Source: an uncultured Nitrospinota bacterium (lineage in GTDB: Bacteria > Tectomicrobia > Entotheonellia > J063 > CAVPRW01). Taken from it: a stretch of DNA of 64,000 nucleotides. Below the pieces are notes generated by a model. The model saw only the letters and a list, made by a program, of their open reading frames with translations, was not told where the DNA came from and did not search any database. The position numbers and the translations under genes were made by a program. Positions 32,500 through 41,810 of this stretch are shown here, piece by piece; the stretch's first letter is position 1, and every line of letters begins with the position of its first letter. The stretch is taken from positions 32,001 through 96,000 of the forward strand of contig CAVPRW010000029.1 of NCBI GenBank assembly GCA_963707985.1. Reading direction: 5' to 3'.

Positions 32500-33315
32500 A
32501 TGAAGGGCTTTTTCGCCTGCATGTGCTTCTGGCTTATTGTTCCCTCCATGGCATATGCGGTGGAGATGCCTGACACCGTTTTTCTCGAAGAACTGACGTG
32601 GATTGAAGTGCGAGAAGCGCTCAAGGCCGGACACACCACCATCCTTTTCCCCACCGGCGGCACCGAGCAAAACGGCCCGCATATGGTGCTAGGCAAGCAC
32701 AATTTTATCGTCAAGTATACGGCCGAACAGATTGCCCGCCGGCTCGGCAATGCGCTGGTTGCCCCGGTGCTGGCCTATGTGCCCGAGGGAGACTTGACGC
32801 CTCCCACTGGCCACATGCGCTTTCCCGGTACCCTTACCCTGCCGGATGCAGTGTTCATGAAGGTGACGGAATATGCCGCGCGGAGCTTTAAGGTGCACGG
32901 CTTCAAGGATATCGTCCTGCTTGGCGATAGTGGCGAAAATCAGCGGGGCTTGCGAGCCGTCGCCGCCCTGCTCAATAAGGAATGGGCGCACAGCGACGTC
33001 CGGGTGCACTTTGTGCCTGACTATTATAGCGGGAATGGCTTTTCTGCGTGGCTGGAGCGACAGGGGGAAACGTCACTAGCCATTGGCAAACACGCTGGCA
33101 TCATGGACACATCAGAATTGATGGCCATCGACCCGAAGCTCCTGCGCCTGGACAAACTGGCGCCGGGGGGGGAGCGCTGGGCTAATGGGGTCTCGGGCAA
33201 CCCTACACACGCGAGCATCGCCTATGGCAGGAAGGGGCTCGAGTTGAAGATAGCCGCCGCAGTGACCCAGATTCAGCAGTTGATTGCGGCACGAGGGAAG
33301 TCTGCTGGGCGATAG
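32500..33315 (+). CDS. Creatininase/amidohydrolase family protein with signal peptide
   Basis: LEELTWIEV, PTGGTEQNGPH, FPGTLTL, HAGIMDTSEL, GVSGNP. Confidence 0.85.
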   Translation: MKGFFACMCFWLIVPSMAYAVEMPDTVFLEELTWIEVREALKAGHTTILFPTGGTEQNGPHMVLGKHNFIVKYTAEQIARRLGNALVAPVLAYVPEGDLTPPTGHMRFPGTLTLPDAVFMKVTEYAARSFKVHGFKDIVLLGDSGENQRGLRAVAALLNKEWAHSDVRVHFVPDYYSGNGFSAWLERQGETSLAIGKHAGIMDTSELMAIDPKLLRLDKLAPGGERWANGVSGNPTHASIAYGRKGLELKIAAAVTQIQQLIAARGKSAGR

Positions 33316-33371
33316 AGACATGGCCCACATCGCAGTGACGAACACCTCGCCTTATGAGAAGGAACTGTTCT

Positions 33372-34727
33372 ATGGCCACAGAACGATTCGTTGTCATCGG
33401 TGGTGATGCGGCGGGCATGAGCGCGGCGTCACAGGCGCGTCGGCGACGGCCTGAGCTTGAAATCGCTGCCTTTGAGCGCAGCCCTCACACGTCGTACTCG
33501 GCTTGAGGGATACCCTACTATGTCGGCAAGGTTGTCGACGATGTGGAAGCGTTGATCGCTCGTACACCGCAAACGTTTCGTGAGAAGCAAAACATCGACG
33601 CGCGTATCCTACATGAAGTGGAGGAAATTGACCTTGACCGGCGGCGACTACGCGTCCGTCAGATCGAAACTGGTTCTGTCGGGTGGGAGCCCTTTGACCA
33701 TCTCTTGATCGCGACGGGTGCCAGCCCAGTATTCCCCGATGTGCCGGGGGCGGATGCGCAGGGAATTTACGGCCTGAGTACGCTGCAAAGCGGCCTTGCC
33801 GTGCGCCAGGCGATCGATCAGCAGTCGCCCAGGCGCGCCGTTATTGTGGGAGGCGGTTACATCGGACTCGAGATGGCCGAAGCCCTGGTCTTGCGTGGCC
33901 TCGAAGTGTCGTTGGTCGAAAGGCTGCCACAGGTGATGGGAACCTTGGACGCGGATATGGGAGCACTGGTCTCGGACGCCTTATGCAACATCGGTGTGAC
34001 GCTGTACCTTGAGGAATCACTGGAGAGCTTCGACGTCGACCGTGGTCACGTTCGAGCGGTGGTGACCGATCAGCGCACGCTGCCCGCCGATCTGGTGATT
34101 CTGGGTTTGGGGGTACGCCCGAACTCAACCCTGGCGGCCGAGGCGGAGATCCCCCTGGGTGAACGCAGGGCCATCAAAGTCAATGAGCGCATGCAAACGG
34201 CGGTGGCAGGGGTCTGGGCTGCCGGCGATTGCGTCGAGTCGTTCCATCTCGTGAGTCGTAAGCCGTTTTACGTGGCATTGGGCACGGTGGCGAACAAACA
34301 GGGACGCGTCGCGGGCATCAATCTTGGCGGCGGCTATGCCACCTTTCCCGGCGTGGTGGGGACGGCGGTGAGTAAGGTCTGCGATGTCGAGGTTGCCCGC
34401 ACGGGCTTGCAAGAAGCGGAGATTCAGCGTCTCGGGTGGGAGTATATCACCGCCAAGATCGACAGCAAGACGCGGGCGGGCTACTACCCGGATGCCGGCC
34501 CGATCACGGTCAAGGTGCTGGCGGAGCGGGACAGCGGACGGCTGCTAGGTGGCCAAATCGTCGGCATCGAAGGGGCGGCGAAGCGTATCGACGTGCTGGC
34601 GACGGCGCTGCACGCGGGCTTCACCGTGCAGGAGATGGTTCACCTGGATTTGAGCTATGCGCCCCCCTATTCGCCGGTCTGGGACCCGGTGCTCATTGCC
34701 GCCCGCAGAGCCGCAGATCTGATCTAG
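33372..34727 (+). CDS. NADH oxidase / CoA-disulfide reductase, probable selenoprotein (Sec45)
   Basis: The ATG at 33372 is in frame with ORF 33543-34727: VVIGGDAAGMSAAS...SYSA-TGA-GIPYY. GGGYIGLE, AAGDC and LDLSYAPPYSPVWDP follow. The TGA at 33504-33506 occupies the catalytic Cys position. Confidence 0.9.
33507..33548 (+). promoter_or_regulatory. Bacterial SECIS-like hairpin
   Basis: GTCGGCA-AGGT-TGTCGAC stem-loop at 33522-33539; the G-containing apical loop is 22 nt after the UGA. Confidence 0.7.
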
Positions 34728-34750
34728 GCGGCAGCACGTTTGCCCCCTCT

Positions 34751-34783
34751 CCCTCACCCCCACCCTCTCCCGGCGGGAGAGGG
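34751..34783. repeat. REP-like palindrome
   Basis: CCCTCACCCCCACCCTCTCCC-GGC-GGGAGAGGG just after the stop at 34727. Confidence 0.8.
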
Positions 34784-34895
34784 TGGAACAGCCTGCACCG
34801 CGTCTCTATAATCGCCCATTGCATGGACCTTTCCTATCACGTACCCTACCGTTACGGTGGTGTATGCTGATCTCGACAGAAGGAGGTAGTATCTC

Positions 34896-36350
34896 ATGAA
34901 CATGAAGGTGAATCGGATCGCGGAAACGATCTGGGAGATCCCTATCACGGAAAAAGAAGGCATGCTGGTGCCTGCCCGGATCTATGCCACCGAGCAGCTC
35001 TTCAACGCCATGGATGAAACGGTCTATGACCAGATTACCAATGTCGCGACGCTGCCAGGCATCACCAAGTACGCCCTGTGCATGCCGGATGGCCATTCGG
35101 GCTACGGCTTCCCAATCGGTGGTGTGGCCGCCATGGATGTCGAGCGCGGCGGGGTGATCTCTCCGGGGGGCATCGGCTTCGACATCAATTGCGGTATGCG
35201 GTTAGTGGTCACGAATCTGACCTATGAGGAAGTCAAACCGCATATCCAGACCTTGGTCGATCGCCTGTTTCAGCGTGTGCCGGCCGGTGTCGGCAGCACC
35301 GGTTTCGTCAAACTCTCGCGCCCGGAATTTCGCCAGGTGGTAGAGCAGGGAGCACGCTGGTGTATTCAAAATGGCTACGGCTGGCCTGAAGACCTGGAGC
35401 TCACCGAGGAATCGGGCTGTATCGCTGGCGCCGATGCCGCCAAGATCAGCGACAAGGCCATCGACCGTGGGGTCAAGCAGATCGGCACTCTCGGCTCAGG
35501 CAATCATTATCTGGAGATTCAGGTGGCGCACCGCGAGCACATCCACGACGAAGACGTGGCACGCCGCTTCGGCATCACCATGCCGGATCAGGTGGTCATC
35601 ATGTTTCACTGTGGCAGCCGTGGATTCGGCCATCAGGTGGCGACTGACTATTTACAAGTGTTTTTGCGGGTGATGGAGAGCAAGTACCATATCAAAATCC
35701 TCGATCGCGAGCTGGCCTGCGCCCCGTTCAACACACCTGAGGGACGAGACTACTTCGCGGCCATGAAATGCGGCCTGAACATGTCGTTTGCCAACCGGCA
35801 GGTCATCCTGCACCGCATCCGTGAGGTGTTCTCCGCTGTCTTCAACCGCTCGGCCGAGGAGCTTGGCATGCACATGGTGTACGACGTGGCTCATAATACG
35901 GCCAAGCTGGAGCGCCACGGCATCGATGGAGAGGAGCGTACGCTGCTGGTGCATCGGAAGGGGGCTACCCGCGCCTTTGGCCCCCACATGGAAGGTCTCC
36001 CGGCACGCTACCAGGATGTGGGGCAACCCATCATCCTTGGTGGCAGCATGGAGACCGGGTCTTATCTGCTGGTAGGCGTCCCTGAGGGGGCGCAAACCTT
36101 TTTCAGCACCGCCCACGGCAGTGGTCGCACCATGAGTCGGACCAGAGCTCGCAAGCAATGGCGCGGCGACAAACTTCAGCGCGAGATGGCGGCACGGGGC
36201 ATATACGTGCGCACCGCCTCGTGGTCGGGGCTGGCCGAGGAGGCTGGCGGTGCCTATAAAGATATCGAAGACGTCATCGAGGCCACTGAACGGGCCGGCA
36301 TCAGCAAGCGGGTGGTGCGCTTCACACCTGTCGGCAATGTGAAGGGATAG
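34896..36350 (+). CDS. rtcB: RNA-splicing/repair ligase RtcB (long, archaeal-like type)
   Basis: MPDGHSGYGFPIGGV, SPGGIGFDINCG, GSGNHYLE, HCGSRG, DVAHN, HRKGATR, STAHGSGR, EEAGGAYK; AAGGAGG RBS. Confidence 0.97.
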   Translation: MNMKVNRIAETIWEIPITEKEGMLVPARIYATEQLFNAMDETVYDQITNVATLPGITKYALCMPDGHSGYGFPIGGVAAMDVERGGVISPGGIGFDINCGMRLVVTNLTYEEVKPHIQTLVDRLFQRVPAGVGSTGFVKLSRPEFRQVVEQGARWCIQNGYGWPEDLELTEESGCIAGADAAKISDKAIDRGVKQIGTLGSGNHYLEIQVAHREHIHDEDVARRFGITMPDQVVIMFHCGSRGFGHQVATDYLQVFLRVMESKYHIKILDRELACAPFNTPEGRDYFAAMKCGLNMSFANRQVILHRIREVFSAVFNRSAEELGMHMVYDVAHNTAKLERHGIDGEERTLLVHRKGATRAFGPHMEGLPARYQDVGQPIILGGSMETGSYLLVGVPEGAQTFFSTAHGSGRTMSRTRARKQWRGDKLQREMAARGIYVRTASWSGLAEEAGGAYKDIEDVIEATERAGISKRVVRFTPVGNVKG

Positions 36351-36355
36351 CTGGC

Positions 36356-37264
36356 ATGGAGCCACGTACGCCCATTACCCTGATCACTGGGCCCCTGGGG
36401 AGCGGCAAGACCACGCTGTTGCGCCACATCCTGGACACGGTGTCGCAAAAGCTTGCTATCCTGATGAATGAATTCGGCGAGATCGCCATCGATAGCCAGA
36501 TCATCGAAGGCAGAAACATCCGTATCGCTGACCTCGGGGGTGGGTGCGTCTGTTGCTCCCTGCTGGGGGAATTCGAGGCGGCGGTGACTGAGGTCATCGA
36601 CACGGTGCACCCCGACCTCATCATCGTCGAAACCACCGGGGTGGCCGAGCCCGATGCGCTGGTGTTCGATATCCAAGAGAATGTGCCGCGGGTACGTCTG
36701 GATGGCGTGGTGACCGTGGCTGATGCCGACGCCATGGTGCGCTACCCGCGCCTGGGGCATACGGGGCGAGTGCAAATCGAAGCGGCCGATATCATTCTGC
36801 TCAACAAGGTCGATCTGGTGACGGCCGAGCAGCTCGCTGAGGTCACTGCCCGCCTGCGGCAGCTCAATGAGAAGGCGCCGATTCTGCCTACACGACGCTG
36901 CCTGGTCGACCCAGATGTGCTGTTTGGCTTGTCTCGGACACACGAGGTGAGCCTCCCGCAACATCGTCCTCACCTTGGTGTAGAGTCCTTCAGCTACGTC
37001 TCCACGGCAACTCTGACACGGCCGTGTTTTGAAGCGTTCGTTGAACACCTGAACCCTGCAATCGTCCGGGCCAAGGGCTTTGTCCGTTTCCCGGAGGGAA
37101 CCTATCTATTCAATTATGTCGCTGGACGCTGGGATCTCGAAGCGTTTGCGGAGAAGCCGACGACGCTGGTGTTTATCGGCGAGCAGGTTTCCCGGCATGA
37201 AGCCGACCTGATCGAGGCGCTCAAGCGCTGCGAGCAGCAGGAGGTCACGGCCCATGCCCTATGA
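36356..37264 (+). CDS. COG0523 (CobW/P47K, G3E) GTPase metallochaperone
   Basis: TGPLGSGKTT, NEFGE, GGCVCCS (CxCC), ETTG, NKVD, RAKGF CobW-C motif. Confidence 0.92.
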   Translation: MEPRTPITLITGPLGSGKTTLLRHILDTVSQKLAILMNEFGEIAIDSQIIEGRNIRIADLGGGCVCCSLLGEFEAAVTEVIDTVHPDLIIVETTGVAEPDALVFDIQENVPRVRLDGVVTVADADAMVRYPRLGHTGRVQIEAADIILLNKVDLVTAEQLAEVTARLRQLNEKAPILPTRRCLVDPDVLFGLSRTHEVSLPQHRPHLGVESFSYVSTATLTRPCFEAFVEHLNPAIVRAKGFVRFPEGTYLFNYVAGRWDLEAFAEKPTTLVFIGEQVSRHEADLIEALKRCEQQEVTAHAL

Positions 37265-37685
37265 ATTTGTGGATGAGCTGACCGTGGCGGACCTTGCCTT
37301 CCGCGCCTGGGGTCACGATCTGGAGGAGACGTTTGCCGCCGCAGCCGATGCCGTCATGAACGCCATGGTGGAAGACCTCGAGGCCATTCAGCCACAGGAC
37401 ACACGCATATTGAACGTTGAGCATGAGGCGTTGGATCTGCTGCTGTTCAATTTCCTGCAGGAGTTGGTCTATTACAAAGATGCCGAACAATTACTGCTGC
37501 GCGTCCAGCAGCTGCACATTGCCGACGAGCGCCAGCCATACACCCTGCAGGCGACGGCAGTCGGCGAACGCATCGATCCCGAGCGCCATCACATGCGGGT
37601 GGACGTCAAAGCGGTGACGCTGCATCGCTTCGCGCTCACACAGACTGAGAGCGGCTGGGAGGCCACGGTGATCCTGGATATTTGA
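37254..37685 (+). CDS. Archease
   Basis: YEFVDELTVADLAFRAWG..LEETF, VDVKAVTLH, C-terminal ILDI. Confidence 0.93.
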   Translation: MPYEFVDELTVADLAFRAWGHDLEETFAAAADAVMNAMVEDLEAIQPQDTRILNVEHEALDLLLFNFLQELVYYKDAEQLLLRVQQLHIADERQPYTLQATAVGERIDPERHHMRVDVKAVTLHRFALTQTESGWEATVILDI

Positions 37686-37882
37686 GGGGTTCAATGCGTG
37701 TTTGCACCATGCCGGGTTGGGAGCTTCTCGCCTCGCTACGTTACTCGGAAAGGCGTGTGAACGTTGCATAAATCACCTGCATGTGCTATGCTGGACGCAC
37801 TGATTATCCGTCATCATAGGTCCCACGGCCGGCCGGCGCAGGTTCCTTGCAATCCCTGATCGCGCTCCGCAGCGAGGCAAGC

Positions 37883-38847
37883 ATGCCGTTCACTGTTGAA
37901 GAATTTCGCGACCTCGTTCGCATTCTTGAGGAACGCCCCGAGTGGCGTGCAGAGCTGCGTCGTCTGGTGCTGACCGATGAGATGCTGACGCTCCCCGCAG
38001 TTGGTCCGCGAGCTGATCGAGGCACAACGCCGCACGGAGGCGCAAGTCACGGCTTTGGCTGAGGCGCAGCACCGCACCGAGCAACGTGTGGCCACCATCG
38101 AAGAGCAGCTTGCGGCCCTCATCGAAGCCCAGCGTCGCACCGAACAACGCGTGGCCACCATCGAGGAGCAGCTTGCAGTCCTCATCGAGGCGCAACAACG
38201 GACCGAGACCCAGATGATTGCTCTGGTTGAAGCCCAGCGCCGCACTGACCAACGCGTGGCCACCATCGAGGAGCAGCTTGCGGCCCTCATCGAAGCCCAA
38301 CAACGGACCGAGCGGGAAATTGCCGCCCTGGTGGAGGTACAACGACGGACCGAGCAACGCATTGGCACCCTGACTAATGACATGGCCGATGTCAAAGGCG
38401 TCGTTCTCGAACTGCGCTACCACCACCGTGCCCACGCCTACTTTGCGCCCACTGATCCGGCGCACCCATGTGCTGTCGGGAGAGGAGCTCGACACTCTCT
38501 TGGAAGGGGCCGTGGCACAGGGACAGCTTTCCGAAGCCGAGGCGGATGAGATCCTCCTCGCCGATCTTCTTCTGCGGGGGCGACGTCGTGCGGACAATGC
38601 GGAGGTGTATGTTGTCGTAGAAATCTCCTGGAAGATCGATCCCTACGACGTGGAGAGGTCGGTACGTCGTGCGGCGTTACTGAGCCGCCTTGGAACTCCG
38701 GCGCTCCCAGCGGTCGCCGGCAAGGAGGTCATCGACGAAGCGGCCAGCCTGGCAAGCATGCTCCACGTCTGGCAGCTGACCAATGGCCAGGCGAGACCCC
38801 CCCACCAGCCTGGCAGTGGCAACGATCACTCTACCCCCCACGCATAA
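37883..38847 (+). CDS. Heptad-repeat coiled-coil protein with a C-terminal PD-(D/E)XK-like domain (two +1 frameshifts near 37995 and 38450)
   Basis: MPFTVEEFRDLVRILEERPEWRAELRRLVL, EAQxRTE repeats, then ADLLLRG...VVVEISWKIDPYDVERSVRRA. Confidence 0.7.
38019..38375 (+). repeat. Intragenic tandem repeats of 42 and 63 bp
   Basis: Seven E(A/V)QxRT(E/D) units spaced 14, 21, 21, 14, 21 and 14 aa apart. Confidence 0.9.
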
Positions 38848-38866
38848 GCCTCGCTTCCGGCAGCGC

Positions 38867-39853
38867 TCATCCGTACAGATGACACGCCACACGATGTCCG
38901 GGGGACACCGGGCGTAGCCCCGGGCTATCCTGGGAACAGCGGGCAAGCGCCAGGGGACAACGTGGGTGAAAGTGGCAGCCCGAGGGTGGGTTGGTTGGGG
39001 AGGGGACTTCGCCGCTCAGCAAAATTTCCTCGCGGTCTTCCCCCGGCCGCGTCGGCAGGGCGGCCGAGATCAGCGCCTTCGTATAGGGATGCAGGGGGTT
39101 GGTGAACAACTCCTCCGAGGGCGCGTTTTCGACGAGCTTACCGAGATACATCACCGCCACGTGATGGCTCAAGTAGCGGACCGTGGCCAGATTGTGGGCA
39201 ATGAGCAGATAGGCGATGCCGAACTCCTCCTGCAAATCTTTGAAGAGATTCATGATCTGGGCACGGATGGAGACATCCAGGGCCGACACTGGCTCATCCA
39301 GCACGATCAGCGCTGGGTGTAGCGCCAGGGCGCGCGCGATGGCCACGCGTTGCCGCATGCCGCCGCTGAACTCATGCGGGAAATTACCCGCCGCAGCGGG
39401 CTCCAACCCTACCGCCAGCAATAATTCGGCCACACGCTCCTGCACCTCTTTGCCGTGCAAGCGCTGATTGACGACCAGAGGCTCGGCGATGATCTCGCCA
39501 GCTCGCATGCGTGGGTTGAGCGAGCTCCAGGGGTCCTGAAAGACCGCCTGCACGCCCGCCCAATAGCGCCGTAAGCCCCTGCCTTCCAGCGCCTGCACTT
39601 CCTGGCCCTCGAAGACAATTCGTCCTGCCGTCACCTCCTCCAGGCGCATGATGAGCTTTGCCGTGGTCGTCTTGCCACAGCCCGATTCGCCCACCAAACT
39701 GACGGTTTCATGGGGCAAGATATCGAAGGACACACCGTCGACTGCCCGTACATAGCCGCTTGGTAGCGACCATGGGAAAGTCCCTGCCAGCGGGAAAAGC
39801 TTGCGTAGCCCCTGCACCCTGAGTAATGGAATCGCCTCACGCGTCGACGTCAT
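38867..39853 (-). CDS. Peptide ABC transporter ATP-binding protein (OppF/DppF-like)
   Basis: GESGCGKT, FSGGMRQR, LDEP, PSGCHFHPRC. Confidence 0.95.
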   Translation of the reverse strand: MTSTREAIPLLRVQGLRKLFPLAGTFPWSLPSGYVRAVDGVSFDILPHETVSLVGESGCGKTTTAKLIMRLEEVTAGRIVFEGQEVQALEGRGLRRYWAGVQAVFQDPWSSLNPRMRAGEIIAEPLVVNQRLHGKEVQERVAELLLAVGLEPAAAGNFPHEFSGGMRQRVAIARALALHPALIVLDEPVSALDVSIRAQIMNLFKDLQEEFGIAYLLIAHNLATVRYLSHHVAVMYLGKLVENAPSEELFTNPLHPYTKALISAALPTRPGEDREEILLSGEVPSPTNPPSGCHFHPRCPLALARCSQDSPGLRPVSPGHRVACHLYG

Positions 39854-40830
39854 ACATGCCTCCAACAACTGCTCAGGTGTCCTGGAGCAATCTCCACCTC
39901 AGGGGGATAGGCCTCCATACAGTGCGGCATGACATACGGGCAGCGGGATGCAAACGGGCATCCCACGGGCCGTTCATAGATCGACGGCGGAGAACCCTCG
40001 ATCGCGTATAAACGCTGCGTTCCCAGGCGTACATCGGGTACGGAGTTGAGCAGCGCTTCAGCATATGGATGGGCGGGTTTGTCGAACAGTTCCCAGGTCG
40101 CGGCGGTTTCGACGATTTTCCCGGCATACATCACGGCCACCCGGTCGCACATGCGGGCCACCACGCCGAAATCATGCGTGATGAACAGAATCGCCAGGTC
40201 CGTTTCCTTCTGGATCTCTTTGAGTAGCGCCAGATACGCCGCTTGCACCGTGACATCGAGCGAGGTCGTGGGCTCGTCGGCAATGAGGACTTCAGGATTG
40301 CACGACAAGCCGATGGCACCGACGACGCGCTGGCGCATGCCGCCGCTGAACTGGTGTGGGTAGCTGCTCAAGCGTTGATCCGGCGCGGGGATACGCAACA
40401 ACTTCAAGAGCTCGATGGCACGTTGCCGTAGACTGCCACCACGCAGACGCTGATGCAGGCGCAGGGGCTCGCTGAGTTGGTTGTTAATGGTAAAAACTGG
40501 ATTCAGGGCACTCATGGGGTCTTGTAAAATCATCGCCAGGCGCTTGCCGCGATAGCGCCTGAGCTCATTCGGGGAAAGCTGGACGAGGTCTTCGCTGTCG
40601 AAGAGGATCTGGCCGCCGACGATGCGCGCCGCCGGTCGCGGATAGAGACCGACAATGGACAACGAGGTCATGCTCTTACCGCACCCTGACTCGCCAACCA
40701 ATCCCAGCGTCTCCCCGCGGTGCAGATCGAAACTGACGCCATCCACGGCCTTCCCTACACCGCGCTGGGTGTAGAAGTACGTCTGCAGATTCCGCACTGA
40801 CAGCACGACATGGTCAGCAGAGTCGTCCAT
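39850..40830 (-). CDS. Peptide ABC transporter ATP-binding protein (OppD/DppD-like)
   Basis: GESGCGKS, YPHQFSGGMRQR, ADEPTT, GCPFASRC. Confidence 0.95.
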   Translation of the reverse strand: MDDSADHVVLSVRNLQTYFYTQRGVGKAVDGVSFDLHRGETLGLVGESGCGKSMTSLSIVGLYPRPAARIVGGQILFDSEDLVQLSPNELRRYRGKRLAMILQDPMSALNPVFTINNQLSEPLRLHQRLRGGSLRQRAIELLKLLRIPAPDQRLSSYPHQFSGGMRQRVVGAIGLSCNPEVLIADEPTTSLDVTVQAAYLALLKEIQKETDLAILFITHDFGVVARMCDRVAVMYAGKIVETAATWELFDKPAHPYAEALLNSVPDVRLGTQRLYAIEGSPPSIYERPVGCPFASRCPYVMPHCMEAYPPEVEIAPGHLSSCWRHV

Positions 40831-40866
40831 CCATCCTCCTACGCCTCTCTCTCCCCTCTCCTGCCG

Positions 40867-40900
40867 CCCTCACCCTAACCCTCTCCCGGTGGGAGAGGGA
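40867..40900. repeat. REP-like palindrome inside the ABC operon
   Basis: CCCTCACCCTAACCCTCTCCC-GGT-GGGAGAGGG. Confidence 0.8.
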
Positions 40901-40914
40901 ACTCTAAGGTCGGT

Positions 40915-41808
40915 TCACAGCTGCCGCAGCTTGGGATCTAAAATGTCCCGCAACCAGTCGCCGAACAGATTAAACGACAACACCACGAGCATGATGGCAG
41001 CGCCGGGAAAGACGGATACCCACCAGAGCGTGTCCACATACTTACGACCCTCCGCCACCATACCGCCCCAGGTGGGTGTCGGCGCCGGAATCCCCGCCCC
41101 CAGGAAACTGAGCGAGGCTTCGACGACGATGGCCCAGCCGACTTGCAAGGTAGACAACACGACCACGCTGTTCGCCACATTGGGCAGCAAATGTGTGGCG
41201 ATGATGCGCAGCGAAGAACAGCCCGCCATGCGGGCCAGGGCAATGAAATCGAGCTGTTTCCAGGTCAGGACTTCACCTCGGACCAAACGAGCATAGCGCG
41301 CCCACAAGATGAAGCCCAAGACCGCGACCACGACCCAGAAGCTGGCACCGACGGTGACCGCGAAGATCAGCGCCAGCAGAATCGACGGGAACGCCAGAGA
41401 CAGGTCGACCAGGCGCATGATCAGGGCATCGACCCAACCGCCGCGGTAACCGGCGAGGAGCCCCAGGCTCGTGCCCACCAGCCCTCCGACCACGATCGAC
41501 AAGGCCGCCACCGACAGGGAAATGCGCGCGCCCACGATGATCCGGCTCAAAATATCGCGCCCCTGCCGGTCCGTCCCCAGCGGGTATGCGCTACTGCCCC
41601 CGTCGATAAAGGCCGGGGCAAGGCCGCGCGCACGGAGATCAGAGTCAATCGCACTGTGGGGGGCCAGCACCGGCGCAAAGATCGCCACGAGTACGCTCAG
41701 CAAGACAATGGCCGTCGGCAGCTTCGGCGCGCGCTTCAGCACGGCCAGACGCTTGCCCCAGCCGCTGCTGGCTGTCACAACTACGGGGCTCTGCAGTATA
41801 GTGTCCAT
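40915..41808 (-). CDS. Peptide ABC transporter permease (DppC-like)
   Basis: LGTDRQGRDILSR, EASLSFLGAG..PTPTWG. Confidence 0.95.
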   Translation of the reverse strand: MDTILQSPVVVTASSGWGKRLAVLKRAPKLPTAIVLLSVLVAIFAPVLAPHSAIDSDLRARGLAPAFIDGGSSAYPLGTDRQGRDILSRIIVGARISLSVAALSIVVGGLVGTSLGLLAGYRGGWVDALIMRLVDLSLAFPSILLALIFAVTVGASFWVVVAVLGFILWARYARLVRGEVLTWKQLDFIALARMAGCSSLRIIATHLLPNVANSVVVLSTLQVGWAIVVEASLSFLGAGIPAPTPTWGGMVAEGRKYVDTLWWVSVFPGAAIMLVVLSFNLFGDWLRDILDPKLRQL

Positions 41809-41810
41809 GG

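Noticed and set aside
35652..37048. Long antisense ORFs over rtcB and the GTPase, and similar shadow ORFs elsewhere
   Set aside because: Expected from high-GC codon bias; the opposite strand carries well-conserved genes.
38019..38375. Repeat array as a CRISPR locus
   Set aside because: The repeats are in frame, vary at wobble positions and have no unique spacers; no cas genes are present.
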